From a virus (taxonomy: Duplodnaviria > Heunggongvirae > Uroviricota > Caudoviricetes): a stretch of DNA of 34,059 bases. Shown piece by piece: positions 33,668 through 34,059 of this stretch (its first letter is position 1; every line of letters starts with the position of its first letter). A program made the translations under genes and the position numbers. The stretch is taken from IMG/VR virus record IMGVR_UViG_3300028888_000086; one strand, written 5' to 3'. The notes below the pieces were generated by a model. It saw nothing but the letters and a program-made list of their open reading frames with translations, did no database searches and was not told the origin of the DNA.

Positions 33668-34058
33668 CTATTATTTCAAACTTATTCTGAAGGACATTAT
33701 TAAATTGATTTCTTTCATCTTTTTTAATAATTTTCCATCCATCAACTTCAGGATATTCTTTACCATGTCTCTCAAAGAAAGAATTACATTTTAATAGATC
33801 TAATTTTGGAAATTCTTCAACTTTTAAAAGAAATATGTGTATATTCTTTTCTTTGTTGTGTTTAAATGTCCCCAAATCTATTAAATCTTTCTTATCTTTG
33901 TTAGTTAATTTTATATTAGTCTCTTCATACAATTCTCTACAGGCTGCATCTATATCTTCTTCATTCTCTTCTTTACAGCCCTTTGGAAAATCATATCCGG
34001 TATTTTTCTTTTTACCATAAGAATGACAGCCTAATATACTCCCATCTTTATCTATTAA
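33651..34058 (-). CDS. Nudix hydrolase, 5'-truncated by window edge
   Basis: The frame extends upstream of the track ORF: ...GYDFPKGCKEENEEDIDAACRELYEETN matches G-x5-E-x7-REUxEE. Confidence 0.88.
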   Translation of the reverse strand, partial: LIDKDGSILGCHSYGKKKNTGYDFPKGCKEENEEDIDAACRELYEETNIKLTNKDKKDLIDLGTFKHNKEKNIHIFLLKVEEFPKLDLLKCNSFFERHGKEYPEVDGWKIIKKDERNQFNNVLQNKFEIIDENNV

Positions 34059-34059
34059 A

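Noticed and set aside
4055-34020. Antisense or nested ORFs in the track (4055..4261, 8681..8893, 10501..10839, 10513..10782, 11526..11735, 11823..12140, 13195..13434, 13651..13833, 18996..19220, 20132..20353, 21483..21677, 22516..22713, 23958..24191, 25141..25455, 25996..26205, 26317..26505, 28748..29017, 33835..34020)
   Set aside because: They overlap well-supported genes or regulatory regions, have shadow-frame composition (F/L/I/S-rich) and show no motifs.
1-34059. Stop-codon recoding (TAG or TGA read-through, as in Lak and some crAss-like phages)
   Set aside because: Long genes are intact in code 11 and conserved domains are not broken at TAG/TGA. The only split gene is broken by a frameshift, and no suppressor tRNA is present.
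1-34059. CRISPR or TIGR-type guide array
   Set aside because: No run of regularly spaced 20-40-nt repeats with unique spacers. The heptamer tracts at 19908 and 21809 have no spacers.

Overview
Very AT-rich, gene-dense segment of a large (jumbo-type) lytic phage genome, read in the standard genetic code. The host is most likely Bacteroidota: starts lack Shine-Dalgarno motifs and are A-rich, there are Bacteroides/Prevotella-style secreted proteins, and the promoters resemble the TAnnTTTG -7 element. No integrase, transposase or CRISPR array was seen. Recognisable genes: SbcC/gp46-like ATPase tail, RNA ligase (DRB0094/Rnl2-like, split by a 1-nt frameshift), RNase HI, DUF488-like protein, VWA-metallopeptidase plus MoxR-type AAA+ pair, Pnkp-like pseudokinase-phosphoesterase, nucleoside deoxyribosyltransferase-like protein, Ig-like protein, RlaP-type Pol-beta nucleotidyltransferase, DIP1984-like coiled-coil protein, nicotinamidase, a second metallophosphoesterase, 3D-domain protein, Tpt1/KptA and a Nudix hydrolase, plus an atypical initiator-like tRNA-Met(CAT). 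About 20 copies of a phage promoter motif (approx. YYRAAANYCTTATAWATR) and many intrinsic terminators define the transcription units. Several of these units encode no credible protein and fold into elaborate RNA structures: about 700 nt, 190 nt and 70 nt units head-to-head with rlaP, an approx. 330-nt repeat-bearing RNA after the DIP1984-like gene, and an approx. 315-nt pseudoknotted RNA. Together with the dispersed RNA-repair/NAD toolkit, these are the main candidates for novel biology. All family assignments and RNA folds were made by eye, without database searches.
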